Below, one piece after another: positions 40,814 to 52,014 of a stretch of DNA of 64,000 nt. Source of the DNA: Antedon mediterranea (taxonomy: Eukaryota; Animalia; Echinodermata); contig NC_092674.1 of assembly GCF_964355755.1 (NCBI RefSeq), forward strand, positions 31,837,199 to 31,901,198. Reading direction: 5' to 3'. Position 1 is the stretch's first letter; each line of letters opens with the position of its first letter. A program made the translations under genes and the position numbers. The notes below the pieces were generated by a model, which searched no databases, had not been told where the DNA came from, and worked only from the letters and a program-made list of their open reading frames with translations.

Positions 40814-43800
40814 GTAAGTGATTCTACTGTTATTTATTACTGAGGTCCAGAGGTATATCTAAATGCCAGTACCACATTTATTTAGATTCGTATACATCTG
40901 ATGTCTGATATGTCCGTTTTACTACTCTACATGGTTTAAACATTCCTGTGTAGAGTAAAGCAATGTAGTAATAGGCGTTCACGACTCTGAAATGCGATAT
41001 TTCATTAAGATGCACAATTTGTTTAGATTTTGCTGTTATCATATGTGGTTAAGTTAAATCAAATTTACTGTGCTTACTTAGTAACACAATAGTTGCTACT
41101 AATGACTGGCTCAGTGTAAATGATTCCTACTTTGATGTGGTGCAAATACAAAATGAGTATTTTACTAATGTTTGACAATCACACTATTGATTCTACGTTC
41201 ATTCCCATATAACTGGGTTTCGGCAATAATTTAATATACGTCCTATATAAACACACATTCATGTTTTTATGATATCGTGATGTTAACGTGTGCCTTACGT
41301 AATGTCAACATTGTAATTAAGTTACATCAGTGTATAAAGTATATTGCGAAACATTGATGGTAAAAAACTGATTATGTCAAACCAGGAACGAAGAGCCAAA
41401 TTTTACTCGAAGCTTTAAATGTTTAAATGAGTGTGATGATGCGTTACTCGTTCATTATTGATTACTAAACTAATTTCCAGAAATTATCGTTATATTTAAT
41501 TTAGCTGTTTGTAAATTTGTAACGACGTTTGAAATACTTTTAGCATATATCTATACTCCTTCACTACTAACGTTTATATAATTCACTTAGGCCTAATACC
41601 TTAAAGCATCATGAATCATCGAAACATGGTATACACATACGAATCCTTAAACATAGGCCTAAATATTGAAAATGGGTAACTGTAAGCCTATACTTAATCG
41701 TATATTTGACTTCAGTGTGATTATAGGCCTATATTTTGAACCCAGAATCAACACTTGATTATTTGTAGGCATTGTGGGTATTTTAATTTAGTAATAGTAA
41801 GAAACATAAGTAAATTACACTTCAAATATTTATTTATTATTTAAGAAATAGTTGTTAAACCATCAAGTAATTGAATTGAACGTTGGACCCACATTAATTG
41901 AATTGAACGTTGGACCCACATTAATTGAATTGAACGTTGGACCCACATTAATTGAATTGAACGTTGGACCCACATTAATTCCTTCTAGCAGCTGCAACAG
42001 CTGTTTATTCGTATATTTATTACTATAACATCATATTATTAAAAATCAAAATAACACAAATCAGCCAACAATACATTTATGAAATATACCTCTTATTTAC
42101 ATTCGCAACGCCTCCTTGGCCCACGACTGTGACTTCGGTACTCACTTCAATCGTCTGTGTAACATAATGGATGTATTGTGTTTATAAAGTAATTTTACTC
42201 AATTGCGTATTCTGGATAAAAATAATTATAGTATAAACAATAATAGTCTAAATCATGCTTACATTTATTTATATTCATTACAGGTATATTTCTTGTAAAC
42301 AGTTGCTGGTTAGCATGCTGTTATTATTATCATGCATTCACAATACTAAAACTTATACAATGATATACCATGTTAAAAAATATCACAAAATTACTTATTC
42401 ATAAAATAATGATGATATTCTCTTATTTTCAATAACAATCTTGATTGTCTATGTATTGTTCTCTTCGATATACAAGCTACATGATTCCCATAATAAATCG
42501 ATAAAATACAATATGGAATGCATAATTAAAAACACTGTATGTTAATTCACGAGTTAGTGTATATTAACGAACATATTGCATTTTACATTATGATGGTAAC
42601 TAAGGTTTTGAACCATGTTTCGTGTGAAATATTGATCCTGGTAGAGCCCGCAAAGATAAATACTTTTTAAAGAAAAAAACTTGTTGCGACATTTTCGGTT
42701 ATTTTTACATTTGCGGTTAGGCCTATTGTTTACATTTTGTCCAGTCATAATTGTAACTTAACTTAAAGGATATTTATATAAATTTTACTCCTTACTATCT
42801 TAAAATAAATAAATCTATATTTTAGATGATGAAGTTGTCAGCACATTTTGTCCCAGGTAGGCCTAAACGAGGAGAGCAGACCAAATCGGTTACTTAACAA
42901 ACGCCTTACCCTCTCAAAAGATATCGTGTAACTCGATTAGGTTAAAATATGACGCGATCTAATCAAAGCAAATGGATGACGCTGAGTGAACTCCTTTGGG
43001 GACGGGTTTCATACATAGTTATGTCGTATTACTTACTAGTTGATATATCAACTGGATTAGAGTTACGGAATTAAAACACGGATGAATATCAAAAGTCGAA
43101 TATAGATGGATCAATGACTTGTTCCATGTCCAAATTGATCAAAATAAAACATATAGATGTCATTAAGTCCACCCGCCGTCTACTTATCTTCACTTTAAGT
43201 TTCGTTTGGGTATTTCAGTGGGCAATTCTTATATTGTATGTTTTATCTGATAATTTGCCTAATTATTCAGATGTGTAATAATAACTACACAAATTAGGAT
43301 ATTACAAAACTAATTATTGCATTTGAATATGCGTTGATGTTAAATTCTGTCTGCTAGTGCGTTTGTAAATAGTAAATAACGTTTAACAAGGAAGATGGAT
43401 ATAAAGGGCCAGATGTGCTTATGGTATTGAAGCTTGTGTTCGATCAGGTTTAATCCCAAAAATGTATGTCTAATTATAATGTATGTCTAATTATAGAGGG
43501 CCAGATGTGCTTATGGTATTGAAGCTTGTGTTCGATCAGGTTTAATCCCGAAAATGTATGTCTAATTATAATGTATGTCTAATTATAGAGGGCCAGATGT
43601 GCTTATGGTATTGAAGCTTGTGTTCGATCAGGTTTAATCCCGAAAATGTATGTCTAATTATAATCGCAAAATAGTCAAATTGTAAAATTATTCCAATTTA
43701 AGGTATTTGCCGTAATGAATTACCAATCACTATTTTCCGAATGTAATAGTGTATAATAAGGCAAATAAGTATTAGTCGAATTAAACACAAAAAGAGAAAG

Positions 43801-46800
43801 AAACAGCTCGTGTGATTGTCATGTTAGTTATGCCTTTATATCATTCTGTGGCTGTGATTGTCATGTTAGTTATGCCTTTATATCATTCTGTGGCTGTGAT
43901 TGTCATGTTAGTTATGCCTTTATATCATTCTGTGGCTGTGATTGTCATGTTAGTTATGCCTTTATATCATTCTGTGGCTGTGATTGTCATGTTAGTTATG
44001 CCTTTATATCATTCTGTCGCTGTGATTGTCATGTTAGTTATGCCTTTATATCATTCTGTGGCTGTGATTGTCATGTTAGTTATGCCTTTATATCATTCTG
44101 TGGCTGTGATTGTCATGTTAGTTATGCCTTTATATCATTCTGTGGCTGTGATTGTCATGTTAGTTATGCCTTTATATCATTCTGTGGCTGTGATTGTCAT
44201 GTTAGTTATGCCTTTATATCATTCTGTGGCTGTGATTGTCATGTTAGTTATGCCTTTATATCATTCTGTGGCTGTGATTGTCATGTTAGTTATGCCTTTA
44301 TATCATTCTGTGGCTGTGATTGTCATGTTAGTTATGCCTTTATATCATTCTGTGGCTGTGATTGTCATGTTAGTTATGCCTTTATATCATTCTGTGGCTG
44401 TGATTGTCATGTTAGTTATGCCTTTATATCATTCTGTGGCTGTGATTGTCATGTTAGTTATGCCTTTATATCATTCTATGGCTGTGATTGTCATGTTAGT
44501 TATGCCTTTATATCATTCTGTGGCTCTGATTGTCATGTTAGTTATGCCTTTATATCATTCTGTGGCTGTGATTGTCATGTTAGTTATGCCTTTATATCAT
44601 TCTGTGGCTGTGATTGTCATGTTAGTTATGCCTTTATATCATTCTGTGGCTGTGATTGTCATGTTAGTTATGCCTTTATATCATTCTGTGGCTGTGATTG
44701 TCATGTTAGTTATGCCTTTATATCATTCTGTGGCTGTGATTGTCATGTTAGTTATGCCTTTATATCATTCTGTGGCTGTGATTGTCATGTTAGTTATGCC
44801 TTTATATCATTCTGTGGCTCTGATTGTCATGTTAGTTATGCCTTTATATCATTCTGTGGCTGTGATTGTCATGTTAGTTATGCCTTTATATCATTCTGTG
44901 GCTGTGATTGTCATGTTAGTTATGCCTTTATATCATTCTGTGGCTCTGTATTGTTTTTTTTTTCAATAATGTATAACACGATCATATCATTATTTGCAAA
45001 TTTTGTTTGATGGGTTGGTTGACTGCAGACAAAAATGAGTTTGTTTTACCGGCTTTTACATTTTGTAATGGAATATTCAATTACAAAATGTAAAAGCCGG
45101 TAAAACAAACTCATTTTTAACCAATTGGATGCCTACAATAATTTTATTATTATTATTATTTTTATTAGTATTATTATTATTGTTATTATTATTATTATTA
45201 TAGGTTATAAAAATAACATAATTGATACCTTAATTCAGAAATGAGCAACAATCCAACATTAAATTTCGTTTTATATGATATGATTTTGTGTCTTTCAAAA
45301 TGGAATACTATTATTGATAAAATGAATACTGTAGTGAATGAAAAGACGTGTTTTAGGGTAACCTTTATTTAGATTATGATGTATATAAATGTTCGTATCA
45401 ATATTTTGGATTTTTTCAGAAGTGAACAAGAAAATGTTAATGTTGATAACACTACAGAATTACAAGAAACAACAAAATTGTCTGAAAATGACAGAGCGCG
45501 GGAAAACCTTACAAAGCTTTTAGATAATATCATATTTAATTATGATAATTCCATGCGGCCAGGGATGACGGGTAAGTGTCTATGGATATATATTTACCGA
45601 AACAGGTTACAGTGGGTTTGATTGATCATAATAGAACTAAGCAAGCTAGTTGAAACACACGTGTATTTACGCTAATTAGACTTGTGTACTCAGAAAGTTA
45701 AATTCAGCAAAAATGCATTTTATGTAATAATAGTTTATGTAAGTCTTTTAGTTTTAGTATAGGCTTTTCAAAGTTTAATGTAAAAATCGGTAATATGATT
45801 ATAATACGTTGAAGAAGTTAACCTCGAGTATACCAATATTGACTTGATATTGTCGTTTATTTAGTAAATGAACATTTTAATTATCTAGAAAATCGATGAA
45901 AACAGAACTTGAGTATTGTAAATGATATCAATAACAGCGTTAAATGAGATGTTGTCTGGTATCAAGCATTTAATATTGTTGGTCTAAACCGTAGTAGGTT
46001 ACTTAAATATTTAGTAGTTTCTTAATACTGTATTTTTTGAAAAATAATGCGTTAGATAGATTTTGTGAACCCACCGCTTAATATTTAAAACTTGTTATTA
46101 ACAGATGAGATATTGCAAATTCTTATACATTATTATTACATTCAGGGCCCCCTCTTACGGTCAAAGTGGATATGTTTTTGTTGAGTATTGGTCCATTGAT
46201 AGAACAAAATAAGGTAGAGTATCTTTATCTATAATGTATTACTCAATGTAATCGATTGTTTATAACCTATCTAGTGTCGCGTAATAATGTAATAAACCAA
46301 ATTAATTCATTTGCATCCAGATAAAAAAATTATGTAGGCCTATAGTGTAATACTTATAGATTACAAAATAATTATTAGAAATTCCAGTATAGGAAATTCG
46401 ATTTGTACAAGCCCAATATACATACACTATCCAGAAAAGAATTAATAAACCTTAATTAGTTATGTTTATAAATATTAATACAATCATATCTATCCTGCAT
46501 TGTGTACATGGAATGGATAGTAAATAGAAGGTTGGGATAAAATAAATCTTCAAAAGGTACATAAAAACATTTTTATTCACGATTCGGGATCTCTTTATAC
46601 ACAAAACGAGTTGGTAGCAATAAAAAACCTATACTGTATAAAAAACTTGCGGAATTTCTTAGTTGAATTTAGGAGACAACATCAATCGCTGTTTTGCTAT
46701 AGTTTGTGTAAAATGAATAAAACACTTTACACTTTATATCCGTCATTTAAATTCTAGTTATACATTTTCCTGTATAATCTAAATAGTTTATCGCCTTCAT

Positions 46801-49584
46801 GGTAAAGTTTTTGAAGGACAATTGAAGTGACATGCCTATGACAGCGACATCCGGTTCACGGTGACGGCTGTACGGCGAGTGAGCGTGAGAATTGTCTGAT
46901 ATAGGCCTACTATTAAAATGTACACCCCATCGTAATTAATATGTTGTGAAACTATACCGCTTGAAGAAGTTACAGCTACACTTTTATTATCTATTAATGT
47001 ATTATTGAAAATAGTGTAAGTGTGAGTCCAGCAAACCACTGTATTTGAAAATCCTATCCATAAATTTTAAATCTATTTCAGGAATTTTACGTTGAAGTCT
47101 TCTTCAGACAAAGATGGGCCGACGAACGTCTTCGTTATTCCAACGGAACTGCGTTTAAAGTATTACCTCTGAATTCAGTCTTGCTGGAAAGTATATGGTA
47201 TCCCGACACATTTTTCCACAATGATCGTAACTCTAAGGGCCATGATATAATTGTTCCAAACCGTCTTGTTAGAATTTATCCTGACGGTGAAGTCTTATAT
47301 ACACAGAGGTATTTGTTTCCTTTGTCTTGTTTTTCCCTCTTTCCCTCTTTTATTCATTAACTTGCCTGTATATTTTCCTATTGTACTTTTAACTAACGTC
47401 ATTGTCGTTTCTTAAAATGCCGCAATATGACGTCAGTCTAATGTTGTATTCCACACACACACACACACAAACCACACCACACAAACCAAAAAAACACACA
47501 CTTCCCCGTTCCAAACAGAATTTGTCAGTAGGCCTAGATAGGTAGTTTTTGTTATCTAGTGATTCCTAGAGACATTTCTGTGTGTTTACGGTTTACAATT
47601 TGTTATAGATTGAAAATAAAACAATCTGAATTTGAATAAAAACACCAAAAACTTTCACGTTTACCTATGTTTTAAAAATGCCACACATACCTACAAATTG
47701 GCATAAGGTCTAATACCATGTGACCACTTTGTATTAGATCCAGATATAAATAAAAACATACAAAAGTATAAAAAAAATACATTGAATCCAATAAATATTG
47801 GAAGTGTACTGTGATGATACAGAAATGTAAGATGATGGCCACTCGTCTACCACTGATTAACAGTAATTCATTTTTTGTAGGTTGACTGTTCTTACTGAGT
47901 GTGGATTGAATTTTAAAAAATATCCGCATGATACTCAAGTATGTTCAATCAGTATGGGGAGCAGTAAGTTAACATGGAAACAAATGTTTAATTATCAAAT
48001 ATTAAGCACGTCTATTATTGGATATACCAAACAATAGCAGACAATGAATGTTTAATTATTAAAGTAATACGAGTTATTGTTTTTTTCGCCTATTAACACC
48101 AGACTCGTTATTACTAATAAGGCTTTCTATTTTTCAATAATAGATACATACTCCGAATCGGACGTTGTCTTTCAGTGGAAATACGAAGATAGTGATAATA
48201 AATCTGTTGACATTGATTTAGGTGACTCTAAAGATATCCGGTTATCGCAGTTTACTTTACTTGGATGGAAAACAATACGCACAACTAAGCCATCTTCCAG
48301 AATTGGTTAGTAACTCGTTGTTTTGTAGTTGTTCCTCTTACTAGAATCTTTTTTCAAACTTATGGCATTTATCACCCATTTAACGTCTAATTTGTATTTG
48401 ATCGTTAATAGGTAACAGGACAGTTCTCACAGTCAATTTTGAATTAAAACGTAACATTGGTCTGTTTATTATTCAAACGTATGTACCTTGTTCTATGATG
48501 GTGGTGATCTCATGGATTTCATTTTGGATCAATAGAGAAGCCACCCCTGCTAGAATTTCATTAGGTAAGTAAGACTGATTATACGGCATCCATTTTATAC
48601 CTGAAAACGACAAATTGTGATTCAATTAAACAAATATTCTTGTTATGATAAATATTAATTTATAATTAAACGCATCTCCAGTAAAAGTATGTGATACTAA
48701 AAACCTCAAAACGAAGCCATGTCAATTATTCAAACATTTTTGCGTAAAGATACTTGTTTAAAGCATTTAGTGCATATTATTTTAATAAAAACTTTTTTTC
48801 AGCAATTTTAACTATCCTAACAATCACAACATTAAGTCTTACGGCCACATCTTCTTTACCACAAGTATCCTACGTAAAAGCGATAGACTTGTTTATATTT
48901 GATTGTTTCTGCTTTGTATTTGCCGCACTTATTGAGTTCGCTTTCGTCAGTTACTTTACTAAACGAAGAGGTGGCACACTTCCTGAAATGGATGATGAGG
49001 ATGACAATCTAATTCGATGCGAAGAAGTAAGCATATTGTTTGTTTTATATTAATAAGGATCTTAAAAGCCCTGCATTATGTGCTGCGGGCATAATACATT
49101 ATTGTTATAACCTTCATGTGTAATTTGCTAATGTGAAATGTAGCAAAAAAAGTTGTATCTAGCTTAAAAAATGATCTTTCCATGTACACTAGGGCGTAGT
49201 TTCAAGTTAAAGGCATTTTGTTTATGTATTTGAAAAAAAAAAAAAAAAAATCAAACCTTATAGGAGATTTAAAGCATCTGTTTATGTTTTGTTTTTTAGG
49301 AACTAGATATTGCTAGAAATGATAAATACAAGAATTCGACGTCTCCCAAATTCAAAATTAAAACGACACCGGAGTACAAGACAACACTGTACTACCAGTG
49401 TTGCTATGACGTATTAATGTGTTTTATTGGCAGCTTTACCTATCGTCAGAAAAGAGCGAGAAAAATAAAGATAGGTCAAGACTTTAATAGTGTCAGTATT
49501 ATTGATCAATGGGCTAGAGTTGTGTTTCCAGTTACCTTCATTATTACAAACATTATTTATTGGTTAACCTTTGGCGTATTATAA
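40764..49584 (+). CDS. GABA-A receptor alpha/GRD-like subunit (Cys-loop anion channel), complete 9-exon gene, 467 aa; join(40764..40813,45420..45571,46146..46213,47082..47308,47881..47963,48144..48305,48412..48564,48803..49026,49300..49584)
   Basis: All introns are GT-AG with compatible phases, and the spliced CDS is 1404 nt from ATG to TAA without stops. Motifs: signal peptide, [14 protein letters not shown] (loop D), IWYPDTFF (loop A), Cys-loop [16 protein letters not shown]1 [17 protein letters not shown] anion motif, M3, and NSVSIID before M4 (alpha/GRD-type NSVSxID). Exon lengths 68, 83 and 153 match the canonical GABA-A gene structure. Confidence 0.93.
41868..41980. repeat. 27-bp tandem repeat x4
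   Basis: TAATTGAATTGAACGTTGGACCCACAT units. Confidence 0.9.
43405..43663. repeat. 92-bp tandem repeat x~3
   Basis: AGGGCCAGATGTGCTTATGGTATTGAAGC... at 43405, 43497 and 43589. Confidence 0.9.
43812..44948. repeat. 42-bp tandem repeat, ~27 near-identical copies, in intron 1 of the alpha-like gene
   Basis: GTGATTGTCATGTTAGTTATGCCTTTATATCATTCTGTGGCT units. Confidence 0.97.
45031..45118. repeat. 88-bp near-perfect palindrome
   Basis: AAAAATGAGTTTGTTTTACCGGCTTTTACATTTTGTAAT-G-GAAT|ATTC-A-ATTACAAAATGTAAAAGCCGGTAAAACAAACTCATTTTT, with one mismatched pair. Confidence 0.92.
45420..45571 (+). CDS. alpha-like subunit exon 2 (SEQENV...[18 protein letters not shown])
   Basis: ttttttcag acceptor, G|GTAAGT donor, N-terminal helix and YD..RP motif. 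Confidence 0.92.
46146..46213 (+). CDS. alpha-like subunit exon 3 ([23 protein letters not shown])
   Basis: 68 nt (canonical length), ttcag acceptor, AAG|GTAGAG donor, SIGP motif. Confidence 0.92.
47082..47308 (+). CDS. alpha-like subunit exon 4 ([17 protein letters not shown]...[11 protein letters not shown]...DGEVLYTQR)
   Basis: tttcag acceptor, AG|GTATTT donor; loops D, A and E of Cys-loop receptors. Confidence 0.95.
47881..47963 (+). CDS. alpha-like subunit exon 5 (Cys-loop; [27 protein letters not shown])
   Basis: 83 nt (canonical length), ttttttgtag acceptor, GTAAGT donor, C-x13-C loop. Confidence 0.95.
48144..48305 (+). CDS. alpha-like subunit exon 6 ([13 protein letters not shown]...[10 protein letters not shown]...SSRI)
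   Basis: taatag acceptor, G|GTTAGT donor, phases 1/1, LSQF motif. Confidence 0.92.
48412..48564 (+). CDS. alpha-like subunit exon 7 ([27 protein letters not shown]...[13 protein letters not shown])
   Basis: 153 nt (canonical length); M1 and start of M2; AG|GTAAGT donor. Confidence 0.95.
48803..49026 (+). CDS. alpha-like subunit exon 8 (M2-M3; [31 protein letters not shown]...)
   Basis: tttttttcag acceptor, GAA|GTAAGC donor, [11 protein letters not shown] motif. Confidence 0.95.
49300..49584 (+). CDS. alpha-like subunit exon 9 (intracellular loop, M4, stop; ...[32 protein letters not shown])
   Basis: gttttttag acceptor, open frame to TAA at 49582-49584, ID..AR..FP..F...N..YW M4 signature. 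Confidence 0.94.
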   Translation, partial: ELDIARNDKYKNSTSPKFKIKTTPEYKTTLYYQCCYDVLMCFIGSFTYRQKRARKIKIGQDFNSVSIIDQWARVVFPVTFIITNIIYWLTFGVL

Positions 49585-49668
49585 TTTGGTTATTCACAAA
49601 ACAGTCGTTTTGCCCTGCAGATGTGTTTATGATGCTCATAAATACCATACATTATTTTTTTAAAGTAT

Positions 49669-49674
49669 AATAAA
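49669..49674 (+). terminator. candidate polyadenylation signal AATAAA for the alpha-like gene
   Basis: First AATAAA after the stop codon, 85 nt downstream; AT-rich DNA makes a chance occurrence plausible. Confidence 0.3.
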
Positions 49675-49987
49675 ATATTGCGGTGAAATTATAGGCCTAA
49701 AATGGGCACGATATACAATTATTATTTTTTTATTATTAGCAATTTCAATTTAATTTAGTCAAGTATCTAGCAACATTATATATCTATAGTTACTCTTGCA
49801 TCAGGGTATATTTATCAAACATTTAGCATAGGCCAACTTATTAAAGTGGGAACTTGCTTTATATCATACTTTTTTGGATACTAAAGACTGTTTTAAAATA
49901 TTTCCTAATTTTCCTTTAGAGCGCGCCCAACGAGAAGATGCATAAATTGAGCGTTTAATGATTGTTAATTCTCCCGTGTGCTTCGTC

Positions 49988-49988
<1 letters not shown>

Positions 49989-50022
<34 letters not shown>

Positions 50023-50083
50023 AACAATACTAATAATAATAATAATAACACTAATACTACTAATAATAATAATAATAATAATA
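49989..50083. repeat. (TAA)n microsatellite, imperfect
   Basis: Read directly; possibly the tail of an adjacent L2-like 3' end. Confidence 0.8.
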
Positions 50084-50159
50084 CGAATTTGTAATGCGCC
50101 AGTTCCAGCAGTAAGTTATCAAATGCGCGGTGTATGAGAGAGCTCAGTTTGAAAGAAAA

Positions 50160-50300
50160 AGATTGATTGATTGATTGATTCTTTATTTTTCACACAACAT
50201 TCATAAAAAATATACAAAAAAAAATTAAATTAATGTACAATAAAGTGTGAAAAACAAGATAACCACAAGCAAGCAAAGCTTTTTATCTGTGGCACCCTAA
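50160..50300 (-). mobile_element. LINE 3'-end remnant with (AATC)n tail
   Basis: (GATT)5 next to TTTATT (AATAAA on minus) and a CCACA..TGTGG stem-loop; a similar remnant lies at 14663-14785. Confidence 0.4.
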
Positions 50301-50384
50301 CTTAAAATATAAATTTACAAATATTTTACATAAAAATGTTTTCATGTAGTAAATAAATTATTATGGAAAATACAACGTACTATA

Positions 50385-51212
50385 ATATTATACAGATATT
50401 GACTGCTTAGAGGTTAAATATAAGATTTTATATCCCCGAGGGAATGATATTATGTTCGAGGGAAATATATAATTTCCAAGAAATTAATATAATTCCCAAG
50501 GGGATGTCTAATCTTATATTTTACCGATATAAAAGGCGATATCTGTTATATTACATAGCCAACAACAAGTAGAATATCTGCTGCGTCGGGTAGCTAGGCT
50601 AGGCCTCCTTTTTGTATTGTATGTAGACACCTTACCTTTCAAAGAATAATATACAGATAATTACTAATTAATGATTCCTTGGCAATAAAATATTCACTAG
50701 CTTAGGTCGTTTAAATAATAACAGAAGAATTTCCATCAATAAGCCTACATTAATAATAATAATATTATCAGATATGCCGAATAAATAATAATTCGTCTTC
50801 TTCGAGTCGAATCACCGGATGTTCAGTGCGTCGCGCGCGTACCGGTTACTACTGTGAGTATTAACCAATCACAAACGGTTTTTCATCACATCTAGGGAGG
50901 ACTAAAAATAAACGAGGGCGCTATGTATGCATAGTTTAAATAGTTTAGATGATTAATTTCTTCAAGCAAGTTCCGTGGCGCAGCGCATGAAGCGTTGTCT
51001 TGTGATGGAGTGACAATTTCATCGCGAGTTCAAGATCCAGTAGATGACTTTTGTTTATTTATCGGCAAACGCGAGTGTTGCCACACGAAAATTACACAGT
51101 CAATATCATCGTTCTCGAGGATATATACGATTTACGATCCTCGCAGCGGTAGTCATGTGATGCAGTTTCAACCAATCACGTTCGCGTATTTACATAGGCT
51201 ATGTAATATAAT
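50385..51212. mobile_element. putative Crypton-like non-autonomous repeat
   Basis: Nested inverted repeats (AAATATAAGATT../..AATCTTATATTT with CCCGAGGG-type cores; ATATTACATAGCC / GGCTATGTAATAT) and no TSD; the class is from recalled architecture only. Confidence 0.35.
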
Positions 51213-51374
51213 AATATATATATATATATATATCTTAAAATACTGAAAGATGAGGGCGTATCAATTTAATCTCTGGTGCGCGTGCGTACAATTGAGGACT
51301 AGTGCTGTTCCACCGTACCACGCCGAGAGTGTGAAAGAGTCGCTATCCAATCGAGTTTGAACAATACCATGAAA

Positions 51375-51446
51375 GCCCCAGTGGTCTAATGGTTAGGACA
51401 GCTGCATATCAAGCAGACAGTCCGAGTTCGAGTCTCGGTTGGGGCG
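51375..51446 (+). tRNA. tRNA-like cloverleaf, anticodon ATC (Asp-like); probably a tRNA-derived repeat head or pseudogene
   Basis: Acceptor GCCCCAG/TTGGGGC, D stem GTCT/GGAC, anticodon stem GCTGC/GCAGA (1 mismatch) with loop ATATCAA, T stem CCGAG/CTCGG with loop TTCGAGT, followed by TTTTT. Its 3' flank recurs inverted at 9811-9910, 21232-21274 and 51541-51624. Confidence 0.6.
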
Positions 51447-52014
51447 ACTTTTTCTCATTCTCACAGATTTCCTCATCTTTATCGTTTCAAATTAATTAAT
51501 TAAATTTCAGTATATCACCGGGCGGTTTAGAATTAATATATAAACACATCAGGCAAAGAACATTAATTCTAAACCGCCCGGTCATATACTGAAATTTAAT
51601 TAATTTATTGGAAACGATAAAGATATATATATACATCACAGTTTCAGAATATTATACGAAAATGAAATTAATTAATTTGAAACGATAAAGATGATGAATA
51701 TGTTATATATGTCTAAGTTTGACATATTTTACAAATGATATATTGTTTCTTTATAACTATTAATGCATTTATTTAGTAATAGTTTTTTTAAATATTTATA
51801 TATTTTTACTCTCTCTTATATTTCTTATAAATTGATTCCATAGCTTAGGTCCTCTATATGCTATACTTTGAAATATATATATATACTTATACTGGGTAAC
51901 CTCTTCAGTCAAAGACTGGTCTCCCAGAGGGCCCAGTTGGTGATGGTGGCTGTGATGTACTAATGCACCGGGGTAACCCCCTACTCGTCTCGAAAGATGT
52001 ACTAGGTTCTTTAA

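Noticed and set aside
43812-44969. 385-aa ORF of ([14 protein letters not shown])n
   Set aside because: Translation of a 42-bp intronic tandem repeat that happens to lack stops in one frame; no evidence of exon boundaries or coding constraint
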